In this document: piece after piece, positions 47,586 through 57,731 of the stretch
How positions within the stretch are numbered: position 1 is the first letter of the stretch
Layout: each line of letters begins with the position of its first letter
Source: a virus
Lineage: Duplodnaviria; Caudoviricetes
IMG/VR virus record: IMGVR_UViG_2731957752_000002
Coordinates: 24,025-88,024 of that record
Direction: 5' to 3' (one strand)
DNA: 64,000 nucleotides
Notes under the pieces: generated by a model
The model's input: only the letters and a program-made list of their open reading frames with translations
Database searches by the model: none
Told to the model about the DNA's origin: nothing
Translations under genes and position numbers: made by a program

Positions 47586-48521
47586 TTGCAGAATAGCTCC
47601 GCGAAAGTGGAGGTCTTCGGCAACGACGAACACTTCATTCTGAATGGTCCCGGCGTGTCCCCGAAACTCTTCCTCACCAAAGGTGGGGTCAAGGGAATCT
47701 ACGATGCGCCGGTCACCACTTTCTACAAGAGTTCGGCGTTCCAAAAAGGCTCCACCTATCAGGGTAAGAAATATCAGCAACGGGACCTGACGTTCGGTGT
47801 GTCCATCAAGGGCGAAAACCCCGCCGACTGGCAGGACCTTGAAGACCGGTTCCGGTCCGCTTGGGTCTTCGACATCGACCCGTGGGACCCGGATGCCACG
47901 CTGACGAAACTGTCGATCACCACCCCGTCGTCGGGGACAAGAAGCCTGTACGTGGCGTTGACCGAGGCCCCTGCACCGGATATGGAGCAGGACGGGCACC
48001 TCCGGTCGGCGTCGATCATGCCGATTTCCGCGGTCGCACCGCAGCCATTCTGGTTCGAAGACAGGTGGGAGACGGAGCCATTCGACTACTTCGAGACCGG
48101 CTCGTCAGGCACTTCGGAAGGGTTCGTGACGATCGCGAACCCAACCCCGCTGCCGATGCATCTGGAATGGGTCGTCACCCGAGGCAAATGGACCCTCCCG
48201 GACTACTCGTGGACCGGTAAGAAGCATCAGCGGGTGCCAGGCGGCACGTGGGCAAACCGGAAAATCACGCTGCCGTTGCTGACGGACGTGAACGGCGGCG
48301 CACGAATCGTCGTCCGCCGCACCGAAGAACTCATGATCAGGGACTTCGCAGGAACCAACCTGATTGGCGCAATGAATGGCATCTACTTCATGCATACGAT
48401 TGCGCCGTTCACGCCGGAAACGAATCTCCCGGTGAAAGTTGAAAACGCGCCGACCGGCGGTGCTCGCGTAGACGTGTATTGCAAGCGTCGCTGGCCGCAT
48501 TGCTGGGGGGCTAGGGCATGA
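47586..48521 (+). CDS. Distal tail protein / minor tail protein
   Basis: Position; PFW, NPT, WTLPDYSW. Confidence 0.85.
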   Translation: MQNSSAKVEVFGNDEHFILNGPGVSPKLFLTKGGVKGIYDAPVTTFYKSSAFQKGSTYQGKKYQQRDLTFGVSIKGENPADWQDLEDRFRSAWVFDIDPWDPDATLTKLSITTPSSGTRSLYVALTEAPAPDMEQDGHLRSASIMPISAVAPQPFWFEDRWETEPFDYFETGSSGTSEGFVTIANPTPLPMHLEWVVTRGKWTLPDYSWTGKKHQRVPGGTWANRKITLPLLTDVNGGARIVVRRTEELMIRDFAGTNLIGAMNGIYFMHTIAPFTPETNLPVKVENAPTGGARVDVYCKRRWPHCWGARA

Positions 48522-50695
48522 CTGAACTTCTTGACCTGTCCCTTGAGGAACAGTGTCGCGAAATCTGGAAAGCGACCATTGCGCAAGAGGAAGCGGAGGC
48601 ACGTGCTCGCCTCGAACCGCCGCTCATGCGTATCTGGACCGGTGATTTTAATTTAGCCGGTGTCCTGGAATCGGAATACACCGCCGAATTCACGTGGATC
48701 GACAACGACGTCGGCACCGGCCTCACCGAAATCCCGTTGCATGATCCGCTGGCCAAATGGATCTTCCAGGTCAGTGAGCGCGTCGACAACGGCGAGAAGC
48801 GCAACGTCTTCATCACCGTCGACAAAGACGGCGCCCGCTGGTCGGGACGCATCCATGACCACACGGTTGAAAAAAGAGAAGACGGCACCCGTGTATTGGT
48901 CGTGCGCTGGCTGCACGACATGGATATCCTGCGCTACTACCTCGTGTGGTGTAACCCATTCCTGCCCGACTTCGTGCAGTTTCCGCGCGTGTTTTTCGCG
49001 GCAGGACCGTCTATTTGGGCATTGAAAACCGCCCTGTTTCTGAACGTCATGCGGGAACAGGAAAACCTGTGGGAACTGCCCGACGACCCGATGGATTACG
49101 GCGCAGTCGGCATGTCCAACTGGTCAGTAGTGGTTAAACCAACCACCTTCGCCGAAGACATGCTTGCGGGCACCATCTGGTCCGTCCCCAACTCTCGGTT
49201 CAAGTACTGGATGGATATGAGCAAGGACATCCTTGAGGATGCCCAGTTGTCCATTCAAGTCCGCCGCTTCATCGAAACCGACGACGAACAACCGATCGCG
49301 GGCGAAACACTGCGCAACGGCTGCCTCGTCGTCGACATCGTCGACAAGAGCGGCTACTACACCGACACTTCCAACGGCGGCGACCCATTCCTTGGGCTCA
49401 GGCGCACGTTCGCGCAATTCGCGGAAGACTTCATCGATGAGGTCATCGAAGACGTCATCGACCCCGCTGTCCCGGACTCATACAAGATTCCTGGCCTGAA
49501 ACTCACCGACAAGACCTGCCCCTATGTGGTCTTCCTGGAGGGCGACGACACCGGCATTGAGTCGTCCAAGTTTAACTTCACTTATTCGACCTCGATCCAA
49601 GTCGTAGCTGGAGGGCACTCGATGCCCTTCGTCAACGAATTGATCAGCGCCTGCGTCGCGGGTGACACAATTGTCCAGAGCCCCGATGGCGACGAACGAA
49701 TCGACGTTCTCGCTGAACGAGGGACGCCATTCCGGGTGTGGTCTGTAACGCCCTACGGGCGACGCGTCGAGGCGGTCGCTTCACGCGCGTTCCTCAAAGG
49801 GCAAGCGGAACTCTTCGAGTACACACTTTCTGACGGAAAAAAGATCAAGGCCACTCAGCAGCATCGGTTCCTCTCTCGATCTGGGTGGGTTAGAGGATCC
49901 TGTATTTCCGTCGGAACGGAGATCGCCGTAATCCAAAATATGGATGGCGATGCCTTGGATATCGACGCGGTTGATGTCAGTGATTCTGATTACCGAGCCG
50001 TTCCTGAGACGCTCGACGTCGCATATCGAGAAGTTGTCAGCATTCAATCATTGGGTGTTGATGACTACTTCGATATGACGGTTCCGGGCTGGAAGAACTA
50101 CTGTGCTGACGGAATCGTCAGTCACAATACGATTCAGACCCTAGGTGATCTCCTGGCCGCTGCCGTGTTTATCCCCCCAATCGGCGGAACCGTGGATGCG
50201 CTCCTCCAGCCGCTGTACTGGGACACCATCCTAGCCTGGATGCATTTCCGAAGTCCGGGACGAGTCGCCCACTCGGGATGGGCTCGACCATTCGAATCTA
50301 TCGCATCTAACGGCGATCGGGCGTACACGCTCGAAGCGCTGCTGTCTTTGCGAAAAGAGTTCCATGAAACACGATCATGGTTTTCGCATGAGGTGATGAT
50401 CCGCGACGGCGCACCCTGGTATATCGGCGACAACGGTCAAGGTCACTTCTTCATCGGCGACCGCATCGGCGCACAAGTGCTCGGTGACTTCGCCGCCCAA
50501 TACGGCTTCGATGATTACAAAATCTACGTCGACCGTGTCCGTGAACTGACCCTCGCATGGGATCGCGGAAGCCTCCCCGAATGGAAATGCACCATCGGCG
50601 AGAAAGACAAGAACAAGGATCGCGGCCAACGAGCGTTGGGCCTGATCTCTGACCTCGGTGCCCTCGTGCAGCAGCTCGCGGTGCACGGCCGATAG
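48518..50695 (+). CDS. Minor tail (baseplate hub) protein containing an intein
   Basis: RWSG, NPFLP..QFP, GGHSM, GHFFIGDR. Confidence 0.9.
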   Translation: MTELLDLSLEEQCREIWKATIAQEEAEARARLEPPLMRIWTGDFNLAGVLESEYTAEFTWIDNDVGTGLTEIPLHDPLAKWIFQVSERVDNGEKRNVFITVDKDGARWSGRIHDHTVEKREDGTRVLVVRWLHDMDILRYYLVWCNPFLPDFVQFPRVFFAAGPSIWALKTALFLNVMREQENLWELPDDPMDYGAVGMSNWSVVVKPTTFAEDMLAGTIWSVPNSRFKYWMDMSKDILEDAQLSIQVRRFIETDDEQPIAGETLRNGCLVVDIVDKSGYYTDTSNGGDPFLGLRRTFAQFAEDFIDEVIEDVIDPAVPDSYKIPGLKLTDKTCPYVVFLEGDDTGIESSKFNFTYSTSIQVVAGGHSMPFVNELISACVAGDTIVQSPDGDERIDVLAERGTPFRVWSVTPYGRRVEAVASRAFLKGQAELFEYTLSDGKKIKATQQHRFLSRSGWVRGSCISVGTEIAVIQNMDGDALDIDAVDVSDSDYRAVPETLDVAYREVVSIQSLGVDDYFDMTVPGWKNYCADGIVSHNTIQTLGDLLAAAVFIPPIGGTVDALLQPLYWDTILAWMHFRSPGRVAHSGWARPFESIASNGDRAYTLEALLSLRKEFHETRSWFSHEVMIRDGAPWYIGDNGQGHFFIGDRIGAQVLGDFAAQYGFDDYKIYVDRVRELTLAWDRGSLPEWKCTIGEKDKNKDRGQRALGLISDLGALVQQLAVHGR
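49652..50128 (+). mobile_element. Mini-intein (159 aa, no homing endonuclease)
   Basis: Block A CVAGDT, block B ATQQHRF, block F FDMTV, block G SHN then T(+1). Confidence 0.93.
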
Positions 50696-50711
50696 CAGCA
50701 GGAGAATTAGC

Positions 50712-51389
50712 TTGCCTGACCAGGAACTGGATACGCTGCCGCGGCTGAAGGGCGGCGAGTTCCCCGAACAGCACAACACCAATCCCAACAATCCAGAGGA
50801 AGCCTTCATCTGGATGTTCGGTGGCCTGCCCGGAATGAAAGGGGCGCCGCTCCCGTTCCCGGTCGAATACCTGAAGCAGGTCAGCCGTCGACTGTGGGAC
50901 TGCGGCGCGCGTCCAATGGGTTCGACTGTCCCGCCGGAGCAGAAGATCAAGTATCAGAAGCCGCGGCAGACGGATCCGCATTGGCTGACCTCACCCGGCG
51001 TGTGGGTGGACATCGACGCGCCGGACCGCTCGCAGTTCGACATCAAAGAGTTCGTCGGCTCGCTGCCGCAGGACGCGAAGCGGCAGCTGGCGGAAGCTCT
51101 CGGGTTTGACCCGGCCGCGGCCTTGCCCGCGGATGAACGGATCATCGCCGGATACGAGGCGCCGAAGCAGCAGCGGCACGGGCTGCCGTCACGTGACGGC
51201 GCGACGGTCAGCAATATGCCCGTCCGCGATCCGGGCTACAACCCGACGCAGCATCCTGTGGCAGCGGTCCTGGAATACCTCGAAACCGCCGACGACACAG
51301 AGCGTGACCGCGTCCTTTCAGTCGAGCGCTACCTGTCCAAGAAGCCGCGCAAGTCAATCCTTGATCGCTATCCGGAGGTGGGCGTCTGA
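50712..51389 (+). CDS. Minor tail protein (DUF2744-like)
   Basis: PEEAFIW...LP...SRRLWDCG...PGVW. Confidence 0.8.
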   Translation: MPDQELDTLPRLKGGEFPEQHNTNPNNPEEAFIWMFGGLPGMKGAPLPFPVEYLKQVSRRLWDCGARPMGSTVPPEQKIKYQKPRQTDPHWLTSPGVWVDIDAPDRSQFDIKEFVGSLPQDAKRQLAEALGFDPAAALPADERIIAGYEAPKQQRHGLPSRDGATVSNMPVRDPGYNPTQHPVAAVLEYLETADDTERDRVLSVERYLSKKPRKSILDRYPEVGV

Positions 51390-52450
51390 TGCCTGCACCC
51401 CAGTTCACCGAACTCAACCGCCTCGGTAACTCTCGCAGCAACCGGTGGGGGAGCCGCGTCACGAACTTCCTGCTGCACACGCAGGAGGGCGACGGCACCG
51501 CCGAGTCGCTGGCGAGCTATCTGAACAACCCGAACAACGGTGCCTCCTACCACTACACCGTGCGCGACGGCGTCGTGTGCGACGTCGTTGACACCGACTA
51601 CGCCAGCTGGTCCGTCCTCGACGCCAACTCGTACACGATCAACCTGTGCTTCGCCGGATCCCGTGCGTCATGGTCGCGGGAGCAGTGGCTTGCCCGCGAA
51701 CACGACATCCGGATCGCCGCCTGGCTCGCCGTCCAGGACGCACGCAAGTACAGCTTCGCACCGGTCGTCATCGCCCCGCCCTACTACCAGGGCGAAGGCA
51801 TAAGCGACCACCGATATGTCACAGACGAACTCGGAATCGGCACACATACTGACGTCGGCCCCGGCTTCCCATGGGACCGGTTCGCCGCGTTCGTCAGCGA
51901 ATATGCCGGTGGTGCAACGCTGGTGAACGAGATCGACGCGAAGGCGGAGGTGTCGCCGTGGCTCGGCGCCCGGCTGACTGCCGGCGAGAACGTGTGTCCC
52001 GACAACATCGGCCGCTGGGCGCACTTCGAACACGGCTACATCTACTGGTCGCCTTCGACTGGTGCACACCCGATCCCGGACGCCCTCTGGAGCAAGTTCG
52101 AAGCGCTCGGCTGGGAAGTCGGCCCGCTCGGCTACCCGACCACCGACCACACCGTGCTTACTGGGCCGGATGGACAACCGTGGGGCGACGTGCAGGGCTT
52201 CCAAGGCGGCGCCCTGTACCGGCGATACGGCCAACCGATCGCTCTCTGGGTGCATGGAGCGATCCGAGACCACTGGAACCGCTCAGGCTTTGAGAACGGC
52301 CCGTTCGGGTGGCCGACCTCGGACGAGCAGCCGTTCGACGGCGCTGCGTTCCAGGACTTCGAGCACGGCCGCATCTACTGGATGCCTAAGCCGACCCTCG
52401 GCCTGCTGAACGCAGGCGAGACGGACAAGCCCCTCGCCGACGCCGCCTAA
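51389..52450 (+). CDS. Endolysin: amidase_2 plus LGFP repeats
   Basis: LLHTQEG, ASYH, HTDVG; LGYPTTD, FGWPTSDE. Confidence 0.92.
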   Translation: MPAPQFTELNRLGNSRSNRWGSRVTNFLLHTQEGDGTAESLASYLNNPNNGASYHYTVRDGVVCDVVDTDYASWSVLDANSYTINLCFAGSRASWSREQWLAREHDIRIAAWLAVQDARKYSFAPVVIAPPYYQGEGISDHRYVTDELGIGTHTDVGPGFPWDRFAAFVSEYAGGATLVNEIDAKAEVSPWLGARLTAGENVCPDNIGRWAHFEHGYIYWSPSTGAHPIPDALWSKFEALGWEVGPLGYPTTDHTVLTGPDGQPWGDVQGFQGGALYRRYGQPIALWVHGAIRDHWNRSGFENGPFGWPTSDEQPFDGAAFQDFEHGRIYWMPKPTLGLLNAGETDKPLADAA

Positions 52451-52491
52451 CTGTGCGTCACTCTATTTCGACTACCCAACGAGGTATCTCC

Positions 52492-52833
52492 ATGTCTTTT
52501 GACACCCTTCGTGACCTCTCCGCTGATGTACGCGGTCGCCTCTACGCGCTGCTCGCACCGGTTCAGGTCCTTCTGGTCACCCTCGGCCTTCTGAACGACT
52601 CCAACGCCGCCCTCTGGGGTTCGGTCGTCGCCGCAGTGCTCGGCTTCAGCGTCGCCGGCGCGAATTCCACTGCGACCTGGCGGACTTGGCTGTACGGGAT
52701 CCTTGGGGTCGCGCAGCCGGTCCTGATCGCCTACGGCGTCTTCTCCGACTCGCAGGCCAGTGCGGTCGCTGCGGTTGTGACTACTGCGCTCGGCTTGGGC
52801 GTGGCCGCGGCTAAGACTCCGTCGATCGGATGA
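52492..52833 (+). CDS. Holin
   Basis: Four TM segments, duplicated RxxLY halves; follows lysin. Confidence 0.8.
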   Translation: MSFDTLRDLSADVRGRLYALLAPVQVLLVTLGLLNDSNAALWGSVVAAVLGFSVAGANSTATWRTWLYGILGVAQPVLIAYGVFSDSQASAVAAVVTTALGLGVAAAKTPSIG

Positions 52834-53162
52834 GCGCCATTTGGACGGCCGTGATCGGGGCGTCCACTGGCTTGCTTGGTGTGATCGCGGGGTTCTTTGC
52901 CCCGCGGTCGCGCTCGCTGGATTCACAGCGTGCGGACTTCACTGCCGTCCTCGAACCGCTTCGGGATGAGTTGAAGGATCTTCGCGATCGTGTGAAAACC
53001 CTTGAGGCTCAGCATGTTGCGGACGTTGCGCAGCACTACCAGGACGTTCGCCGTATCGATGTGCTCGTCGACTACGTGAAGGACCTGTTGGCGTTCATCC
53101 AGTTGCACGTTCCGTCGCCGCCGCCTCCTCCGATCCCGCCCGAAATTTCAAACGATATTTGA
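52830..53162 (+). CDS. Lysis-cassette membrane protein
   Basis: N-terminal TM, coiled coil, poly-Pro. Confidence 0.75.
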   Translation: MSAIWTAVIGASTGLLGVIAGFFAPRSRSLDSQRADFTAVLEPLRDELKDLRDRVKTLEAQHVADVAQHYQDVRRIDVLVDYVKDLLAFIQLHVPSPPPPPIPPEISNDI

Positions 53163-53185
53163 CCCGGTATTGGGGGTGATCGCCT

Positions 53186-54094
53186 GTGACCGCCCCCAAT
53201 CAATCCAATCCTGATGGCGCGCTCAACGTAGGCGATTTTGCAGCCTTTCAGGCGATGACGGAAGAGGACGCGAAAACCGCCATGACAAGCGGGTCCGTCT
53301 CTTCCATAGACGGTGCGCGCAGCACTCACGACAACGAGGTCAAAGCGCCCATCACCTCGCACGCCGGGTCGATCGACAACCACGAAGTACGCATTGTGTC
53401 GCTGGAAGACGGCGGCACCATGACCGTCTACTCCGGAAACGCAACCTGGACCAATATTGGTGGCCGTATCGGCGTGGGTGTCATTTGCGGGGGCCAGGCC
53501 GGACAGAGCGGCGGCGGCAGCGAAGCCCAGAAGCTCGGCGGGAACCATGGCGGCTACAAGTACATGGAGTTCGATGCCGCCGACCTGCCGGCGACCGTGG
53601 CTATCACTGTTGGCGCTCCCGGAACTTCGGCAGGTCAGGCGGGCGGCATCTCGTCGTTCGGGTCGTATGTTGTGGGCGAGCATGGCGTTTCGCCTGCGAT
53701 CCACACGAGCCGGGGCGCGATGGCATCGTCTTCTGGTCCTGGCGCTGGCGGAAACAATGCTGGCGATTTCGACCTCGCGGGGTTTTCCGGGGGTTCGTCC
53801 GCGCTGGGCTCCGCTGGCGCTGGCGGTGCGGCTGGCGGTGGCGGTGGTGGCACTGCTGGTCATGGCGGTGCTGGCGGTTCAGTGCCGACGGATTCGCTGA
53901 CTCCGTGCGGCGGTGGGGGAGGCGGCGCAGGCGGCGGTAACCGCGGCCTGATCTCCACGGCCGGCAACGGCGGCGCTGGCGGTGCTCCGGGTGGAGGCGG
54001 CGGCGCTGGCGGCAACTGTGAACTCGGTGCCGCGGGGACTTTCGGCGCTGGTGGCGCTGGGCGCGTATTCGTCATCCAATCAGCAGGAGCATGA
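53186..54094 (+). CDS. Glycine-rich minor tail protein
   Basis: MTAPNQ..PDG; long GGAGG tracts. Confidence 0.85.
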   Translation: MTAPNQSNPDGALNVGDFAAFQAMTEEDAKTAMTSGSVSSIDGARSTHDNEVKAPITSHAGSIDNHEVRIVSLEDGGTMTVYSGNATWTNIGGRIGVGVICGGQAGQSGGGSEAQKLGGNHGGYKYMEFDAADLPATVAITVGAPGTSAGQAGGISSFGSYVVGEHGVSPAIHTSRGAMASSSGPGAGGNNAGDFDLAGFSGGSSALGSAGAGGAAGGGGGGTAGHGGAGGSVPTDSLTPCGGGGGGAGGGNRGLISTAGNGGAGGAPGGGGGAGGNCELGAAGTFGAGGAGRVFVIQSAGA

Positions 54095-54426
54095 CCTTGA
54101 GGAATGCCACAGTGCATATCCCGCTCGTCGAGGGCATCTACCCCGGACGGACGCGAGTGTACAAACTCGACCCGCCGCTCCCGGATCCCGATAACGGCAA
54201 CGCACACGAGTACGTGGCTGTTGTTGTTCAACCGGGTAGGCGTAACCATCAACTACCGGAAACCTTGGTTTTCGCTGCGAACCCGATCAATGGCGGACCG
54301 AAAGGTCCATCGATGAAGCGGCTTCCAGGTTCCGGCATTCTCTATTTCTGGCCCGACGATCCCGATGACGGCTGGCGGTGGGCGCTCATGCAACTCGGCG
54401 TGACACAGATCGAGGGTGCAGCGTGA
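54091..54426 (+). CDS. Hypothetical tail-region protein
   Basis: Coupled ORF. Confidence 0.7.
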   Translation: MTLRNATVHIPLVEGIYPGRTRVYKLDPPLPDPDNGNAHEYVAVVVQPGRRNHQLPETLVFAANPINGGPKGPSMKRLPGSGILYFWPDDPDDGWRWALMQLGVTQIEGAA

Positions 54427-54731
54427 CCATCGGAAACGAACCTCTCATCGACACGCTCGTCCTTGTCAAGGGTCAGGATTTCATTCACGAAATCCTCATG
54501 CCCGCAGGGGAATCGGTCCCTCCGAGTACGACTTGTGAACTCATCATCAGCGATCTGACAGGCGCCGTGCTCGCTGATTGGGACGCCTCCGTCGCGTCGA
54601 CCTCGATCAGCTGGAATGTGTCGTCCACTGTCGCGGACACCATCAACCTGCCCGCGACCTTCCGCATCTACGTCCACTACAGCGACGGCAAAGACTTCTG
54701 CTGGTACGCCGGGCAAGTCGTCCGGGAGTGA
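54423..54731 (+). CDS. Tail-region protein
   Basis: IG.EP....L.L..GQDF...W..G.V.R. Confidence 0.7.
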   Translation: MTIGNEPLIDTLVLVKGQDFIHEILMPAGESVPPSTTCELIISDLTGAVLADWDASVASTSISWNVSSTVADTINLPATFRIYVHYSDGKDFCWYAGQVVRE

Positions 54732-54803
54732 TCTCCCCCTCCCCAGTCTTCTTTTCCTTTTAGCCGGTATCCCGTTGGGTGCCAGCGTATTTGAGGTGCA
54801 CTC

Positions 54804-55157
54804 ATGGCAATCGCCGTCGCAACAACCAGGCAAGTCCTCGCCGACGCCTACAAAACTCTCGCAGGCTCATCGAGCGTCTACGTAAGCCTGCACACCGCCG
54901 ACCCGAGTACGACCGGCGCCAACGAGGCCACAGGTGGCGGCTACGCCCGCGTCCAGGGCACATGGAGTTCTGGCAGCGGTGGCGCACTGTCCATGGCTGA
55001 GTTGACGTTTACGGCTCCCGCGGGAACGTACACGCACGTGGGCCTGTGGTCGGCGTCCAGCTCGGGCACCTTCTATGACAAGGCGGCTCTCAGCCCCAAC
55101 ATCACCCTTGGTAGCGCGGGCACGATCAAGGTCACTCCCTCCTTCGCCCTGAGCTGA
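54804..55157 (+). CDS. Tail fibre-associated protein
   Basis: SLHTADP..TGANE..GG.YAR. Confidence 0.8.
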   Translation: MAIAVATTRQVLADAYKTLAGSSSVYVSLHTADPSTTGANEATGGGYARVQGTWSSGSGGALSMAELTFTAPAGTYTHVGLWSASSSGTFYDKAALSPNITLGSAGTIKVTPSFALS

Positions 55158-56062
55158 TGGCATCTCTGCCGACGTCGTCGCGGTGGCAGGCTAGCCTGCC
55201 TGGGGCGCCGGCATCGTCAGCGTCTCTTCCGAGCGGTTCTCGTACCCGCCTGCCCGCAATACGCTGGTACGAGCCGCCGCCGATCATCCCCTTCACCGGG
55301 ACTGGCACCTTGTCCGCGATCGCGGTTGCGCATGCGACAGCCCAGTTCACCGCTGTCGGTGACCTTTCCGCCATCGGCGCCCCTGCTGTGACGGCTGGGT
55401 TCTCCGGTGTTGGCGAATTCTCGGTGCCAATGAACGAGGGCGACGCCCTGTTCGAAGCCGTTGGTGCGCTCGCTGTCTCTGCCACACCTTCATGCACGGC
55501 GACCTTCTCCGGCACCGGCATTCTCTCTGCGCTCGGTGTCCCTGCTGCCACTGCGGCTCTCTCTGGGGCTGGAACACTGTCGGCGACTGGCTATCCGACT
55601 GCGACGGTAGCTTTCTCGGGTGCTGGCACGCTGTCGGCGACCGCGGTGACGTTCTCTCCCAGCGGTATGACGAAGAACGGCACGCAGACGTGGGCGGTTA
55701 ACTCCACCTGGACGACGATCACGTCCTGGACGGCGAACACGGGCACCTACCCAGGCAGTTCGGTGGATGGCTCGCATCGTCTTGTCGTGCAGGGCAGCAA
55801 GTCCAATGCCACTGTTGCCGCGCAAGTCCCATTTACGGGATCGTTTGGCGGCACGCATCAGATCCGCGTGGTCGATCAGAACGGCACAGTGATCGGGTCG
55901 GCGGGCTCGGGTGTCAGCGGCAACTCCGGTACCTGCACTGTGACGGTGAACAATGTCAACCTCGCAAGCATCACTGCTATCGGAGTCCAGATGTTCTGTG
56001 ACGGTGCGTCGTCGACGGGCACTGTGACGTCGGGCGCTACGTCCTTCTTGACCATCACGTAA
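55157..56062 (+). CDS. Tail fibre / minor tail protein
   Basis: FSGxGxLSA repeats; SGMTKNG..TGTYPGS. Confidence 0.8.
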   Translation: MASLPTSSRWQASLPGAPASSASLPSGSRTRLPAIRWYEPPPIIPFTGTGTLSAIAVAHATAQFTAVGDLSAIGAPAVTAGFSGVGEFSVPMNEGDALFEAVGALAVSATPSCTATFSGTGILSALGVPAATAALSGAGTLSATGYPTATVAFSGAGTLSATAVTFSPSGMTKNGTQTWAVNSTWTTITSWTANTGTYPGSSVDGSHRLVVQGSKSNATVAAQVPFTGSFGGTHQIRVVDQNGTVIGSAGSGVSGNSGTCTVTVNNVNLASITAIGVQMFCDGASSTGTVTSGATSFLTIT

Positions 56063-56071
56063 CGAAGCTGG

Positions 56072-56107
56072 ACGGCCCCTGAACCTTGGTGGTTCAGGGG
56101 CCGTTTT
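56072..56107 (+). terminator. Intrinsic terminator ending late operon
   Basis: 14-bp stem plus T run. Confidence 0.85.
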
Positions 56108-56167
56108 CGTCGTGTCGAGGGTGCGAGCGGTTTGCTACGTGACGTTCCAGCAAACACACGATAGGAT

Positions 56168-56183
56168 TCGCACATGTGTTCGA
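56168..56183. promoter_or_regulatory. LexA (SOS) box
   Basis: TCGCAC-ATGT-GTTCGA vs actinobacterial TCGAAC-N4-GTTCGA; follows -10 TAGGAT. Confidence 0.75.
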
Positions 56184-56545
56184 GATTATGGTTTGAGGTG
56201 AGGGGGCAAGGGGTAGTGGTCCGGGACTATGACGAATTCATCTGCGCGCACGTCACTGCTGACGCCTCCGATCTCCTCGATGCACTCGGTATCGCAACCC
56301 GCAGTCCCGCAGGGGAAGTCGCCGTATGGATCGATCCTGGTTGGCAGTGGTGGCGCGAAGTCGGGCACGTCAGCGTCACCGGCAACCGGATCCAAATCTG
56401 GCCGCACCGCGGCATCACCGGCACCGACATGGACGTCCTGCGCGGCGCGGCCTGCGACGCATTCCGTATCCCGCCCTCATCAGCCGCTCAATGGTTGCGG
56501 CGAGGGCGCGGATGGGAATGCTCGATCTCTGTCCCCGCTGACTAG
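56174..56545 (+). CDS. Hypothetical protein, probably leaderless and SOS-regulated
   Basis: ATG 6 nt after -10, inside SOS box. Confidence 0.6.
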   Translation: MCSRLWFEVRGQGVVVRDYDEFICAHVTADASDLLDALGIATRSPAGEVAVWIDPGWQWWREVGHVSVTGNRIQIWPHRGITGTDMDVLRGAACDAFRIPPSSAAQWLRRGRGWECSISVPAD

Positions 56546-57246
56546 CGGAGCGCGACCTTCACGCCGCCGGAGAACATCGAGTCATGGAACTCGGCCGCGG
56601 CAGGAACCGTCCCCGGCGGGATATCGAACGCGATTGCCGCCGACACCGTGAATCCAGGGTTCAACGTTCCATCGATGTCGTCGTTCAACGCCTGTCCGGC
56701 TTCCCAATTCGCCTCGAACTCGCGGCCCTGGTCGTCGATGAGCTTCTGGTTGTCGCCGAAGAATCCGCGGGGCTCGTTGCCAACGTTGGTGATGTTCACG
56801 TGGACGACGATGAACTGGCCTCGCGCGGTCGCTTCCCAGAAACTGCCGGCGCCAATCTTCGTGACGGGCGCATCGATGGCGGTGACCTGGAATTCGAACT
56901 TGCCATCCCGGACGGCCGTGCCAGCGGGCGCGTACTTGCTACTCGGTGGCGCGGGTGTCGCGGGGGCAGGGGACTGGGCTCCAGGGGCGGGCGCGGCGAG
57001 CGGTGCGGCCGACGTCGAATGGCGAGGGGTCGTGGGGTCGTCGCTGTTGCTGCTGCTCATGGCGACGATGCCGAAGCATCCGCCACACAGAAGGATTGGT
57101 GCCAAGACCACGCCCAGGATGATCCACAGCACCGGGGATTGCTTCTTCTGTGGCGGTGGCGGGTATCCCGGCTGGCGGGGCGGCCCGTAGTAGGGCTGCT
57201 GCGGTCCGGCTGGCCCGAGCGGTGGCGGTGGCGGCTGGTAGGTCAA
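56542..57246 (-). CDS. DUF4352 membrane protein (Mpr-like)
   Basis: Pro-rich N-terminus, TM, VRDGKFEF.V, NPG, HDSMFSGG. Confidence 0.85.
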   Translation of the reverse strand: MTYQPPPPPLGPAGPQQPYYGPPRQPGYPPPPQKKQSPVLWIILGVVLAPILLCGGCFGIVAMSSSNSDDPTTPRHSTSAAPLAAPAPGAQSPAPATPAPPSSKYAPAGTAVRDGKFEFQVTAIDAPVTKIGAGSFWEATARGQFIVVHVNITNVGNEPRGFFGDNQKLIDDQGREFEANWEAGQALNDDIDGTLNPGFTVSAAIAFDIPPGTVPAAAEFHDSMFSGGVKVALR

Positions 57247-57394
57247 GGGTTCCCCCTGGGGTGAGTGGCCGTGTCGCAGTGTCGATCTGCGCTATTGTGT
57301 GGGCTGTTACACGTTTAGAGGGAGAGCGTATCGGGCACGGCTTCTGACGGGGAAGACTGCTGCACTGTTGCCGGGCTGTGAGCTTGGCTATCAT

Positions 57395-57410
57395 TCGAAC
57401 ATGAGTGCGA
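57395..57410. promoter_or_regulatory. LexA (SOS) box
   Basis: TCGAAC-ATGA-GTGCGA; follows -10 TATCAT. Confidence 0.7.
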
Positions 57411-57730
57411 ACGAGGAAACGGAGCGGGTCGAGGGGTGGGGGCCTGCCGTCACAAACGAGATTTGGGGTCACCGCGAGCCCGCGAAACGTGTGTGGGTCC
57501 GCCTCGACGCCGTCATGCTCCGCAACCCAGGCATCCCCATCCGTCAGAACGCGGCCGGCATCGACATGACCGGCGAAGTGCCCGGCATCCTCTTCTACTG
57601 GATTCCAACGGGCCGCGGCGACTGGATGGGGATGGTGGATTACGACGTCCAGTACTTGGACGGCCGGACACTGCGCTTACGGCAACAGCTCCTGCCGTCC
57701 TATACCGTGCGGGAGCGGATCGAAGAGTAG
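57401..57730 (+). CDS. Hypothetical protein, probably leaderless and SOS-regulated
   Basis: ATG inside SOS box; VWV.L...GIDMTGEVPG...W. Confidence 0.7.
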   Translation: MSANEETERVEGWGPAVTNEIWGHREPAKRVWVRLDAVMLRNPGIPIRQNAAGIDMTGEVPGILFYWIPTGRGDWMGMVDYDVQYLDGRTLRLRQQLLPSYTVRERIEE

Positions 57731-57731
57731 G

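Noticed and set aside
53186-56062. Diversity-generating retroelement or invertible tail-fibre cassette
   Set aside because: No reverse transcriptase, invertase or template/variable repeat pair; repeats are Gly-rich coding
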